NCBI GenBank assembly: GCA_012026655.1
Contig: JAAILG010000010.1
Coordinates: 62,001 to 126,000, forward strand
Reading direction: 5' to 3'
Length of the DNA stretch: 64,000 bases
From: Hydrolagus affinis
Taxonomy: Eukaryota
Made by a program: the position numbers and the translations under genes. Below are positions 1-14,600 of this stretch, one piece after another. The notes under the pieces are model-generated. The model made no database searches, had not been told where the DNA came from, and was given only the letters and a program-made list of their open reading frames with translations. How positions within the stretch are numbered: position 1 is the stretch's first letter; each line of letters starts with the position of its first letter.

Positions 1-3000
1 TGAATTTGAAAATAAAAGAGGTGCTGTTTCTTCTAGTGGGTTTCTTTCCAGGGTGTTAGTTAGTATGGATCACAGGACTGAGGTTCAAAAAAATACCTAA
101 TGCTCCACAAAATAAGTTTGTCAGTATTGTAAATGAGTGGTATATGAGCTCAATTTATAGTGCCCATATATCACCAGTTTCTGTGAGTACTTATGAGTAT
201 CTAATGTAAATATGAAGTCTATTTAAGGCACAAATCACATAGACTGCTTTGATAGATCTAAAACCGCTATGAGTAGTAATATATCCTAAAGAGTTATACC
301 AGTGGTTATTATATATAGTGTCTATTAAAATTTCACAGAATGCAACTTCAGCTGAAGGTTTGCTCTTCTGTGCAATTTTTATTCAACATGTCTAATTTCC
401 GACTATAAATCATCTTCAATTCAAAATCGTCATTTCACTGGGAGTTGCTTTTTAAAAAATTACAAGTCAACTGCTGGACTCTGAATAGAATTATTATGCA
501 TGTGTAAATACTGTACTCTGTCCACAAGATTGAAAACTGCGCTCTGAACTGAAAGCTATTTTGGCCTATTCCTAAAACACTATTGCTGGAGTGACTGGAT
601 ATTGATTCCAGTAAGACTGTGATTTGCAACAGGGAACCCCAATTTGCATTTACCCGGAGGGGTGGACTGTAACTAGGAGCCTGTATTTGCAAAGCTCTCC
701 TTACTTGTGTATAAGGTTGTATTATAATCATATTTTCAGGAATGTAACCAGCTCTATAATAACGTTGAAAAGCACCATGCACAAAATTTTTAACTTATTC
801 TTTCAAGTTTTTTATTAACAATTGGATTAAGTAACATCCAAATTATATTGCATTCAGTAGGCATCAGTTGACGGTACCAATTCCAATCAGGAGGGGTGCC
901 TTCGAATCAAACTGATGCATGTTAGCACTGATTTGATTGAAAATCCGAGGTAAAATAGAGCTAAATGTGGATATAAATAGAGAATTAAATACCTCTAACA
1001 GTATGAACTGGTACATATCTATACATCTATGCACACAAACATTTGTAGTAAAGTATAAAATATGATTATAGAGTAACACACAAGACAACAACATGAATTT
1101 ATATAGTGCTGTTTGCATGGGGTAGCGTCTCGGAACGCTTGACACACTGTCAAAGGTGGTAATTTTATTGACCAGCAGAAATGTGTCCCTCCCATGCCTG
1201 TCTTTTGGATTATAATCAAATTAAATATACATACCACATAGCTCACATCAATAATTATTTTTAAATGATAATGTACAAAATTCAATAATAGAGTTATCTT
1301 GGTTTCATGAACCAGCTCTTAAAAACCTTTCTAGCATTTCACAATCAAATAATGATCCATTAGCTGCCTCTCTGCATATCTAGATATTTTTATTTTTGTA
1401 ACTTGCTCCTAATGTCTTGGTTTTCTGATTTCCTAATACCCTGCTCTTTCCGATAAGCTTCTCCAGCCCAACTGTTCCTGTTCTGATAAAGGATTAACCA
1501 CAAAGCATTAAGCAACATTTATAGCATTTTCCTTTTTTTGTTTCTTTGGTTAATTAATGTCAAATGATATTTATTTCTACCCATTTGTTGTTTTTTTCTC
1601 CTCCACCAATCTGTCTTTTCACTACCCCCCGCCCCCCACCCCACCATCCCCCTTCTCTCCTGAAGGTGCTTACTCTCTGTTGCAGAACTATTGCGTTGGT
1701 GGGAAGCGCTATCTACCATTGACCCAAGTCGTCCCACGTGTGAGCCTTGACAATGAATCTCAATAGATTCTTCAACTGTGGCAGGGGTCATCACAGTTGA
1801 CCCTCATCCTGACCTCAGCAGACTTCCACACTTGCTTACTGCCTACATAGTCAATGGATGAGAGCTCAGAAGCAGGAAAGTTGGATGATTTCCTCTTCTG
1901 CAACCCAGCAGTGCTGAGGGCAAATGAGTACCACAACCAAATGTAGTGCCTTGGCTAAGATCAGCTAAGTTCAGGATTCAAACCTGCAACGTTTGCTCTA
2001 TGGTGCCTTTATTAAGCCATCATATAGCCACATGTTTTTATTTGCATTTTATGATCTGAATAAAAATCACAAAATATGTTTTTATTTGAGAAAACCTAAT
2101 GCATTCCATTCCTGGTTTATGATAAACTAATTTGCTGTTATGTTATAACTACAATTACTGTACTATATGTTGTTTAATTATCCAGATTATCGTTTGTCCT
2201 TATGTGCACTTCTGAACGTTATTTAGGTTGTGCACGCAAATAAAACTGATGGTGTGTTAAAGCTTTTTAGACTTTTGAATATCGTTACTAACAGAATAAA
2301 AGTATTAGATATGATCTTCCCATAGTCCAGGATTCATTTCCAAGCTTAGCTTCCTTATTGGAAATAGTAGGGACAACCTCTGCACAATAGTACACTACTG
2401 TATTCTTATGAATCAACTTGTATATACAATATATAATTCCAAACCATGATATATTTGTGTAATGAAACATTTAGTTTGTTTGGTTGTCTTCCTTTCACAT
2501 GTCTTTGAATAGGTTATAAAATTGGAATAAAATTTTAGGAGAAGTAAAGATTTGGAAAAAATTTTGCCTTAAATTGAGGAAAACTCTGGACAATTAAATC
2601 TGAACTGTAATTGTAAGTATTAGATAAAAGCAAAGCAGTTTCAAAGTTGAGATAGGAATGGAATGCATTAGCTATTCTTAAATAAATGCATATTTTATAA
2701 TTTTTGGAATCTAGCGGTGTTTACATTAAATGCTCTTTTCACCAGATCATTACAAAATCATTAATGCACTGTTCATGACTTCAATTTGAAAATGTGGTGA
2801 TCAGACCAAAAGTTTAGGCTCCTTTCAAGTACTGCCAACAAAATTCAAATATGTGTTTTATGTCTTTCTAAGCCCAGCACACAGCTTTTAATCAATGTAT
2901 TATACATCAAATTGATAATCTTAACTTCTGATTATTCAAATATATTAAATATTCATAGATAAGTCCAAATTTTTACATTTTCTTGACTTTCTTCTCCATT

Positions 3001-5538
3001 AATTATTATGCCTGGAAGCTTTTCAGAGGAGAAGCAGCCATCAGCTTGACTGAACCTGACAAGCCGGCATGGCCCAATTACACTGCTGCTCCAAAGAGCT
3101 TTGATGTAGTGGAAACGAAAAGAGATAGGGGCAAATTGTACAGCACATTATGTTAATGACTTGATTTAATACAAGCACTAAACTTTATGTAGACTGTTAA
3201 GGAAGATGCTAACACTAATTACGCCACTTTGGTGAGGAAAGGAGGGGACAAGCATTTCATTCTGACAAAGTGCAGCTCATAAATGTTGTAAATGAAATGA
3301 AATGAAGTAATCCGTGTTTAATTATACATCACAGGCAGGGAAAGCAGACAGAATCTGTAGCCAAGCATCTAGGAAACCTGTTGGATTTCTTTTTTGATCA
3401 AAACATCTAAGAAATAGCTCTGAACAGTGTGATGTGCTGGTGGTATAATACCATAATTGGTGTGCCACTTTAATTACAACACTAAACATGAAAACATGCT
3501 TGCATTTAAAATACAGCCTTGTATGCATCACAAATTACTGTGTAATTGACGATCTGCTGAGTTACTGTGTAATTAGAAGATCCGTTGAGTTCTACACCTT
3601 AAGCACTCCTGAAAATGTATATTTTTCATTATCTTGCAGTCAACAGCAGAACATGGATTTTAATCCTATAATTACACTCGCTATCTGACAGCGTTTCTTC
3701 TTGTGCATCTCCCCACCCGCAGAAATTTAAAAACCAAACTGCTGAAGGTGTCTATATTTTTAGTGCTCATCTCATCTCTACAAAGTAATCATTTGTGCAG
3801 AGAATTCCAAATTCCAAATAAATAAGAATTATTCGTCTTTAAAATACACACTACGAATAAATGATCTCATATTTCGTTATGGACAAACTGAAACGTTAAT
3901 ACTGTGGACAAGCATCTGATTCCTTATTCAAACAACATGTAATGCAAGTATATTAACACACCATATATTTTTACTTTGCTGCGAAATCAGTAATCCCTTA
4001 TTTGAGAACATCATAAATTTGGACATTTTAGTGCAGAAACATGTAATTAAATATCCTATAGATTCCCCCGGTTAAAAAGGCATCTGTGCAGAGTTTGAAA
4101 TTGGTGGTGGCATTTTTATGCCCCTCTGGAGACAAAGTAGTAGACTGGCAGCCAATCAACCGTGGGCAATTGCTTAATGTAGCTGGTTATATAATGAGAT
4201 GTTAGACGTGCTTTACTTAAGGACCGGTTGGGGATTGAAAGCCAATCAGAACTGGTTACCGACTAATGTAGCTGGTCATATTACTCAATGTTAGTAATGC
4301 AAGACCATGTAGGTGGATAGGGACAGAGCATCAATGAAATAGCATGGTTCAAATGACCTTCTGCACTTACTCTTGATAAATGAATCAATCAGCTGTTTTC
4401 AATAAAGACAGCAAGCTTAGGAACTGAGAAATGTTCTGTAACTGATAGCTCAATAAGCCATTAATGTACACAGAGAGCACTAAAGGTCATTTTGTCCAAG
4501 ACCTTCCCAATGATACTTCTCCAATTCAGCTATGAAATGCAGCACTTCCCGCAATAAAATGGCCTTTTTAGCTTTCAGCTAGTAGAGACCATCATTAACT
4601 GTCAAATACGGACTGTGGAGAAACTTACACATAATCAACTCAACTTTCATGATAGGAAATCCAGTAGGAACTTGCTCAACTTACAAAATAAAAAAAGCTT
4701 TTAAGCTTCTAATCCCCATTTTCTTTGTAAAATATAAACACTAACTAGGTTATACTTTACAAATTGAGTCTGCGTATTTTCAGAGTGAATCAAAGTTACA
4801 CTGTATTGAATCATGTTATTTCTGACCAATTGTGACACAAAAATCTTCAAACACAAAACTGCATGGTATTGTTTTATAAAAAGGTTTTGTGTGTTAATCC
4901 TAATTAGGAATTTACAGGTCTGGTTGTCAATTACTGTCAATTATTGTAAATCTAATCTTTTCATCTGGTATTCAGATTCATCGATGGTTGGAAATTGCAC
5001 TCAGCAAATGTAAGTGCATGGTTTGTTTGGGGACTCATTTCTCATTTACTGTGGAAAATGCATAATGGGCCATTATCAGCTACTGAGTTGGAGAGTGTTA
5101 CATTTATTCTTTTAAAAATGAGTGTGAACCAATTTGCACACTGCATATCATTGTAATCAGCTTCTGCAATCATGAATGTATGATATACTATGGCCTAGTA
5201 CCAAATAAATATAGTGAAAGTAAATTTAGAGGGCTACTCGACTTCCCGCAGAGCTAACTCCAAAACATATTATGAACATAGCACACTTTGGCTAAATAGA
5301 ATGACATACAACTGTACCTATATTTTTTTTCAAAAGCAATCTAAGAAGCACTTAAAGTAGTGGTTTGTTTCAATGGGGATGGTTGGTTCAGTCATATGAT
5401 ACAATCAAATGAATATCAAATAATCACTTCATTTATCAGAGCCTCATTCATCATATAACCTTAGATCAAAATTGTTCCTAAATGCTTTTCTACTGTCCCT
5501 AGGATCCAATTTTCAACTGTTAAGAGGAATTGACTAAC

Positions 5539-5633
5539 CTGTTTTATATTCTTTGATAGCCAGCCTGGGACAATAGAATCATCACTGTCAGTTATTGATT
5601 CATCAATATCAGTTGTCTGTGCATCATTCCCAT
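5539..5633 (-). CDS. RPGRIP1L: Exon [32 protein letters not shown]
   Basis: tttcgcag|AT...CAG|gttagt; 95 nt, phase 1 to 0; resembles recalled human SDSDDCIIPGPISKNIKQ. Confidence 0.92.
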
Positions 5634-8600
5634 CTGCGAAAGAAAAGCAGTGCTGAAAACAATTAGAGTTATGATCCATTCCTAGATTTATAGGAGGAAC
5701 AGATGGCCGCACAATACTGTGGTTAGAAAAATATGATTAGGTAACCAGTTAAATAACTTTGTGAAAAGTTATGTCTGACATCAATGAATGTTATTTTACG
5801 ACTGTATTTACTGAAGTAAACTGATTACATGCATGGCAGGCAAGTAACTCATAATAAATTCTTCAAACCATTTTAGATGTATATGTTAGAATCTCAAAAC
5901 TCAAAGCCCTTTATTCTAGTTTGAATCAGTTTTCAAACTAGAACAGTGTCAATCTATAGTAGGCAGATGCACAAAAATTCTATAATAACTACATACAATA
6001 CACATCGCAAAACTGGTTGTCTTAAATTACCATTTGAGAGCAGTGAAGCTAGATCATGCAGCAGTGAATTATGTTCAAAAAGCAATACAAGCAGAAAGTG
6101 AAACGAAAGGTGATGATGTAAATAATGAGTTACTAAAGTTAAGACGCCTGAAAATAATCAATTTATTAGTTTCCTTTATGACTCAATGGATGGATAACAT
6201 GGCTGGTGTCATAGTCACAAAACCCAGAAGCCTGACTGGCTCAATCCCTAACCTGTGCTGTTAATCCCTTTGTGGTATGCATTCGATATACATGCTCTAT
6301 TGCATTGCATAAACAGAAGACACTCTTGTGGAATCCTGTGAATAATAGTTTATTGAATGACGCAGCTAACCTTGATCAGATTCTTTTTCATCTATTGATT
6401 CACTTTCTTCTGAGGTAGCTCCACTTTGTCCTGATGGAAAAGCAATCTGTCCATCAGACAGATCTGAAACCTCTCCTTCTTCATGAACTTTCTCAAAATT
6501 TGGCTTCACTCCATCTTCCAAGGCTGTGTCATTGACATCCTGATAAAATTATATATATGATAAAATAACACGACAGCAAAATTACATTTGTAGAGCACAT
6601 TTGTAGAGCAATTTGTGCTCTACAAATTATAATTATATAATTATATTCATTATATAATATTATAATGAATATTATAATCATATATTATTACACAACTCCT
6701 TTATCATTTCTAAATAAAGTATTCAAAAACACAAATTCAACAGCATTTCTCAAGGTGAAATATAATTAAATGGTCTGTTACACATTTGCATGCTTAATTT
6801 CAAAAGAAGCAGCAATCTAAAACTCAAATGACAAACATTTCCACCACAAACAGCATTCCATGTCCAGGACTATTAATTCCTATAAAAGGTAGCAATAGGA
6901 ATAGGCACTAATCAAAAACCTGAGATGCATGGTACGTCAAGTGTACTATTTGCTAGTGATTGCATGAAAGGAAACATACCTGGTATGCTGGTTCAGCTGT
7001 TTGTGGAGTATCTTCAGCCTCTTGCTTGTGAGCCACAGTACTGGGAGTTCGCTTCAACTACAAATAGGACACAAAAACTTAAAAATTGGTACAAAGTCAA
7101 CAATGAACATATAATTACTCACACAACTATTTTTAGAGTACTCTTCATATAATGGCTGGAGGAAAAATGGCCGCAAACCTCAGCTACCCAATCTGAATAC
7201 AGTAAAAGCATCTTTATCCAGCACTCTCTGGACCTGGGCAGTGCCGGTTAAAGCGCATGCCGGATATTCGGCTAAAAACATATTTTCACTGAATATATAT
7301 TTCAATGCATTTTTCTGGATAAAAATTCCAGTTAATCGATTGCGGACCTTTTTTTTGCGATGCCGGTAATATGGAAGTTACGGTTAATCAGGTGCCGGAT
7401 AAACGGGCTTTCACTGAATAATTAATTCAACACATACAAACATTCATACTGCGATTCTATCGTATCATTTACATTCTAATCTATGATTGTAATGCCACCA
7501 ACAATATTGCCGTGAATGACTTCAAACAGTGTCTTAGGACATCCTCCTGACATGAAAGGCCTTATACGAGTGTAATTTTGTTGGTGTTGTTCCTACAACA
7601 CCCACCTGAATGTGCAATCGAGAAAAGGCATGAGTTCAATTAAATACCACTGACATTACCCAACATGTAGTTGTGAATTAATGAGGTTCAAGTGAGTTAA
7701 TTAAGGAGGTTAAGGTGAGTTGATGCGCATGCCAGATCTCAAACGGTTTGGATATTAGTGCAAGTCTTCCCCGCAGATTGCATGCAAGTGTATATACCTC
7801 GCTCACTGGTTCAGCTGTTCCTACACCACTCTCAGTCTCCTCTAACTTTCTGCCACTGGGAGTTCGCTTTATCTACAAATTATTTAATAGAAAAATACAG
7901 GTAGGTGCACCGTTTAAGTTAAACTATAACAACAATTGGCATTTATATAGCATCTTTCACATATGCTAACTTTTCAGAAACCATTAATGGCAGAGTTGGG
8001 TACTGAGAAAAGGAGGGGGAATTGAAGACAGCAGGAAAGGAGGCGAAATTTGGGAGTACACAGTGTAAAAGGGGATTTCTGAGAACAGTTAGTTCAACAC
8101 AGAGAAGATCACACTGGGACCTTCGGTATATTTTGGGAACTGGGTGGTTTAGGACTACAGGAGAGAGTCCAGTTGTACCCCAGCCCATCAGTGCATCAGC
8201 AGACACAAGCTCCAAATCAATTTCTTCGAGTAGATAACATTTAATACCTAAGTTCGAGTGGATGACATTGATGTGGAGGTTGAATTGAGAAATATGTCTA
8301 GGTTTGTCTTTATTCTGCTAACATTTCTATCTATTCCAAACCAAATAAAATGGTTGTATCTATACATGCTTAAGCACTCATTTCACCTAGTTTCCAAGCC
8401 TGAACCTCATGAGTCTCAAAGTAATTTCTTCTAGTGGATGATACCCACTATCTTGCTAAGTAACTGCACTGCATTCTAATTTTTTTTTAAAAGTAAAATG
8501 GATGGATCCTACACGTGCTTATGCTTAAGCACCATATTCACCTATGTGCTTGATTACTTTTCCATGCATTTTGCTGAAGAATATACAGGATTTCTTTGGC

Positions 8601-11600
8601 TGGATGTGGGATGTGTTTTATTGAATGTGCAGTTATGAATCGATAGATAGAAATGTGATCAGTTATTAATCAAAGAGTTGATGTACATGCTGGACCTTAG
8701 TTCGTTTGGATATTATCGCTAGTCTTCCCTGCATATTGTATGCAAATGTGAATACCTGGCTGACTGCTTCAATTGTTTCTACAGCACTTTAATCTCCTGT
8801 AACTTCCTGCCTTTAGGAGTTTGCTTTACCTACAAATTATGAAACTTTTTTTTAAAAAGAAAGTGCAGAGCCATTGCTGAACAATTAATTACATACATAA
8901 CTTTTTTTTTTAAGAGAGGCTGGAGGGAAACATGCCACAAACCACAGTGACGTCATCGTGGAACAGTTGGTTCAACACAAACCAAATATCACACCTGGGA
9001 CTTTGATGATATGTGTGGGTCAGGATTATATCAGAAATTCCATTCACGTCGTAACCCATCACTACAGCACCAGAGACATGACTCTTGAGACAATTTCTTA
9101 CATCCAGTGAATTACAAACAATACCCTACATGTATGTTGATGTAGAGGAGACTACAATTAGTAGATTTGTCTTCATTCTGCTAACATTTCTTGACATGTA
9201 TCTGCACTGCATACAAATCAAAGAACAATATGAGAAGAATCTACTTCACAAGGAGATAATTGGTTAAGCCACAATTTCACCCTGTATGCTTGGTTGTCCT
9301 TAACCTGCATATTGCTGAAGAAAAATCAGATGTTTTGTTTTAGTCGTGGTATGATTTATATTTAACGTCAAACTGTGAGGAAGCAGGTGGAAGTGTGATC
9401 AGGCACTGATTAATAGGTTGATGCATTTGCTGGACCTTATCTGGTTTGGATATTATCGCTCGTCTTTTCCCCGCAGATTGTGAGCAAGTGTATGTACCTC
9501 GCCTACTGGTTCATTTCTTCCTGCAGCACTTTTTGCCTCCTCTAGCTTCCTGCCACTGGGAGTTCGCTTTACCTGCAAATTAGTTAACAGAAAAAAACTT
9601 GGTCCACAGCCAACTTTGAACACCATATAATTACATACACAACTTCATGTAGGATAATATCTTGGAACCCAGCAGGGTGAACAATAGGATCATCAGCAGC
9701 AAGAGAGGAAGAGGATGGTGAATATCGGCACAGTTGAAAAGGCAGGTATAAGACTAAAGATTGATAAAAAAAGAGGGGAGTATTTATCTTAAAATAGGAC
9801 GATAGACTAAACAGGATTTTTTTTGCCACAGAACATGTTATATCTAACACGGAACTGTAAACCAAGATATTACGGTGATCAGGCAATAATCAAAGAGTGT
9901 TGCACATCCTAGACCTTCGCTGCTATTAATGTTACTCTTCCCTGATAATTGTGTGCAAGTATATATACCTGGCTTACTGGTTCACGTGACTCTGCATCAC
10001 CTTTAGTCTCATCCAGCTTCCTGACACTGGAAGTTCTCTTAACCTATGAATTATTCAGTAACAATTAACACAATATAATTACATACACAATTGTTTTCGT
10101 GAATAACAACAGCAAGTGGATTTATAGAATAACCTCCAATAGAATAAATTCTTAGAAACGACAGTGTTGGATACTAAGAAGAGGCGGAGAATGCAGAGAA
10201 GTCCATTTGCACATTTGAAAAGGTTAGTTTTGCGGTGAGAATTAAAGACGACTAGAGATAAGACAAGGCTCTGGGGGATGCACATCTTAAAATAGGATTA
10301 TAAACTAGAGGGAAAACTAGCTATGAAGGACAGTTGTCTCATCCACGAACACTTTATTTAAAGAACACACCTGGGACTTTTCTGGATCTGTGGAAAGTGG
10401 CTCAGGATTACATCCAAAAGTCTTTTCACATCCTAACCCATGATTGCAACAGAGATATGAGCCCCATATCAATTTCTTCCAATTGATTAACATTCAACAA
10501 CCTACCTGTATGTGCAGGTTGAGGAATCTAGAAAAATGCATTGCTTGTCTTAATTCTATTAATATTTCTTGCACCATATCTGGCATGCATTCCACATCAA
10601 CAAGCGGTATGAGTGGAATCTACATATGCTTTGGCACCAGTTTCACTTAGTGTGCATGGTTGATCTTTCCATGCATTTTTGGAAGAAAAAAATAGTCTGG
10701 ATATGAATCAGTGGGTGGAAGGGTAATTAAGCACTAACCAAAGATTTGATGCACATGCCTTAAATGGTTTGGATATCATTGCTAGTCTTTCCTGCAGAAT
10801 ATATGCAAGTGTATATACCTGGCTGACTGCTTCAATGGTTCCTGCAGCACTTTCAGTCTCTTCTAGCTTACTGCCACTAGGAGTTTGCTTTACCTACAAA
10901 TTATGAAACAATTTTATTTGAAAAAATGGGGCAGAACAATTGCTGAACAATTAATTCCCCAACTTTTTTTTTTGAGTACTCATCTTATATCCCATCATGG
11001 AAAACGTTGGTTCAACATGTACCGAATGCCATACCTGGGATTTTGCTGATATGTGTGGGTCAGGATGATACCAGAAAGTTCATTCACATCCTAAAACATC
11101 ACTAGAGCACCAAAGACACAAGTCGAAAGACAATTTCTTCCAGTGAATGACAAACACCCTACCTATATGTAGAGGTAGAGGCATCTACAACAATTTGTAG
11201 GTTTGTCTTAATTCTGCTAATATTTCTTGCCATGTATCTGTGCATATCTCTTCGATGGACCCATCGGTAACTCCTTATCCCCCACTTCCCCCCACCCGTC
11301 CTCAGCTCGGGTCTGAAGCAGCAACCGTTTAGCGCCAGCGCCTCCTCCTGATGTAAAAGGCGCTATACAAATGGAATTTTGTTGTTGTTGTTGTGCTGCA
11401 TTTCAAATCAAAGAAGCAATATGTGAACAATCTACTTTAAAATGAGACACGTGCTTAAGTACCAATTTCATCTCGAATGCCTGATTGAACTTTACATGGA
11501 TTTTGCTTAAGAAAAATCTGATTGGTTTTGTCGTGGGACGATTTATATCTAACTTCAAGCTGTGAGGAAGCAGGTGTAAGTGTGATCAGGGACTGATTAA

Positions 11601-14600
11601 TGAGTTGATGCATTTGCTAGAACCTATCTGGTTTGGAAATTATCACTAGACTTCCCTGCTTATTGTATGAAAGTGTATGTACCTAGTTTACTGATTCATT
11701 TATTCCTGCAGCACTTTTTGTCTCTTCTAGCTTCCTGCCACTGGGAGTTCGCTTTACCTACAGATTAGTTAACGAAACCAGTTATAGCTAAGTTGCAGAT
11801 ACAAATCAGCAGATGGTAGTTGGATGACGAGGCACTGGTCACAGAGATGATGGACATGCTAGAACTTATCTGGATTGGATATCATCACAACATCCTGTTT
11901 ATTGTGATTATATACCTTGCTCACGGGTTCATCTGTTTCTGCAGCACTTTTAGATTTCTCTAGCGTCCTGCCACTGGGGATTCGCTTTACCTTCAAATTA
12001 TTTAACAAAAGAATAAAAAATTTGGTTCAGAGCCAATGCTAAATACTATATTATAGCCAACGCTGAAGGCCATATAATTACATGCCCAAATGGTTACTTA
12101 AGCAACAATAACATCTTGCATTTATACAGTGTCCTTGATATACGATGTCTCAAAGTTCTTTAAACTAACTGGGTTGGACACTGAGCAAGGGAGAGATGAA
12201 GGGGAGTCCACAGTTTATCGTCTAGACTCTAGAGGGAAAATAGGTTACTAACCTCTGCGGCCTCATTTTACAACAGTTAATTCAACGCATACCACTGAGA
12301 CTTCACCTGTTTGAATGTCTGGACATGGGGCTATGAATCAGTGGGCGGAAGAGTAATCAAGCACTAATCAAAGGTTTGATGCACATGTTAAGACTTTAAA
12401 TGATTTGGATATTATTGCTAGTCTTCCCTGCAGAATGTATGCAAGCGTATATACCTGGCTCACTGGTTCAACTGTTCCTGTGTCATGTTTCATCTCTATC
12501 TTCCCGCCACTGGAGGTTTGTTTTATCTACAAATTAGTTAACCAAAAAAAGCAAAACTAGTGCAGAGCTAATGCTAAATACCATATGATTACATGCACAA
12601 CTGTTTCCTTAAGGATCCATGTTAAACAAGGATTATAGGCTAGAGGGAAAACAGGCCACTCACCAAGCTACGTCATCATGGAACAGTTAGTTCAACACAT
12701 ACCAAAGATATACCCACCTGGGACTTCCCAGATATGTGTGGATTATACCAGAATGTCCATTCACATCTTAACCCATCACAACCTGTTCGTAGCATCAGCG
12801 ACATGAATCCCAAGTCAGCAACAACAAAAAATTACATTTATATAGTGTCCTTCACGTCAGAAGGATATAGCAAGGCACTGAAGTCAATCTAATGTAGTGA
12901 AAGACTTGCAAAACGCTAGTTTTAAGAGGTCTAGAAAAGATCCTCTAACATTTCTTGCTATGTATTTGCACTTCAATCCAAACCAAAGAGGCTATATGAG
13001 TGGAATCCATATGTGCTTAAGCGCTAATTGCACATTGTTTTCCTGAAGAAAAAGCAGCGTTTTTTTTCCTGCATGAGGGACATATTATATTTAAAATAGA
13101 GCTATCAATCAACTAGTTGGATAATTAATCCTAGTGTAAGTGTATATACCTGGTTCACTTGTTCGTCTGTTTCTGTACCACTATTGTTCTCATCTAGCTT
13201 CCCCCCACTGGAAGTTCGCTTAACCTACAAATAATTTTATGAAAAAAATAAAAATTTGTGTAGAGCTAGCTCCCTTCATGTACAATAACATCGCAAAGCA
13301 TCTTACAATAATTTTCAAACAAAAATTGGTCCAGAGCTAAAGTTGAATGTCATATACATACACATCTGCTTTTCTTTGAGTAAAAACAACTTGGATTTCT
13401 AATGTGCATACCTGACTCCCTGCTTCAGCTGCTCCTGTAGCACTCTTAGTCTCCTCTAACTTCCTGTAACTAGGAGTTTGCTTTACCTATAAATTATTTA
13501 ACAAAAATAAAGAAAAGGTGTTGAACAATAACTTTTTAAAATATATAGATTATGATCACCCACACAACATGCCTATATATATATGTATATTTACATACAC
13601 ACACAGGTACCCCTCCCCAACCATGGGGGATACGTTCCTGTAAACCTCCGCGGTTGGTAAAATTGTGGTTGGGAAATGCAGGGCCCTATGGGAACCATGG
13701 GGATACGGGGAGTAAGTTCACGTTTAGTAAAACTAAACACAGAAAAAACACAGTTATAATATGCATGGGGATAGAGGGAGTAAGTTTGGGCGCATTGGCT
13801 GCCAGAATCTGCAGCAATCCACGAGGCTGTCTGACTGACTTACAGAGAGAGAGAGAGACACACACAGAGGATGGGGTGGTGGGGGTGACACGGAGGGCTG
13901 GTGGAGGGGGGGGGGGTTGTCTGACTGATTTAGAGAGAGAGAGAGACACGGAGGGTGGAGGGGGGTGGGTGACACGGAGGGCTGGGGGAGCTGTCTGACT
14001 GACACAGACAGACACAGAGAGAGAGAGAGGGAGGGGTCTATGGGGGAAGAGAAGGTGAAATAAAGAGAAGGTGAGAGAGAAGTGGGGTGGGGGGAAGAGA
14101 AGGTGAAATAGAGAGAAGGTGAGAGAGAGAAGGGGGGGTGGGGGGAAGAGAAGATGAAATAGAGAGGTGAGTCAGAGAGAGATACACTCACACACAGAGA
14201 GAGAGAGGATGCAGATCCTGGCAGCCAATGCAGATCCACGAGTGCAGCTAGACCACGTGGGGTAGTAAAGATGCTGTTAGGCAGGAAACACGGATGAATA
14301 CACACCATACATGGATGAATGCAGTCCCTTGTTTGGAAGAGTGAAACTTGAAAATTTAAACCCGCGGATTTAAATCGCGGATGCGCAAATCGGTTTGCGA
14401 GGGTTGTCGCATTTAGCAAACCGTGGATGCATGAGTTTCGTGGTTGACAAGGCCGCGGTTGGGGCGGGATACCTGTACATGCAGGTTGAGTGGCCTGGAC
14501 AAGTGCATAAGTTCATCTCAAGTTACTCTACTATCTTGCTGTGTACCTGGCTACATTGTTCAGGTGTTACTGGAATATTTTCTACCTCCTTTAACGTCTT

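Noticed and set aside
1650-2010. ORFs 1519..1794 and 1557..1766 as exons
   Set aside because: The sequence resembles dispersed SINE-like pieces at ~45870-46240 and ~61840-61940 (ggctaagatcagctaag), and the ORFs show no protein similarity I recognise.
1-5538. Next RPGRIP1L exon (start of the RID domain)
   Set aside because: I found no matching peptide with splice sites by eye; it probably lies beyond the window.
13552-14419. Overlapping long ORFs (148, 109, 221 aa)
   Set aside because: They arise from GA/G-rich low-complexity sequence inside a Tigger-like element.
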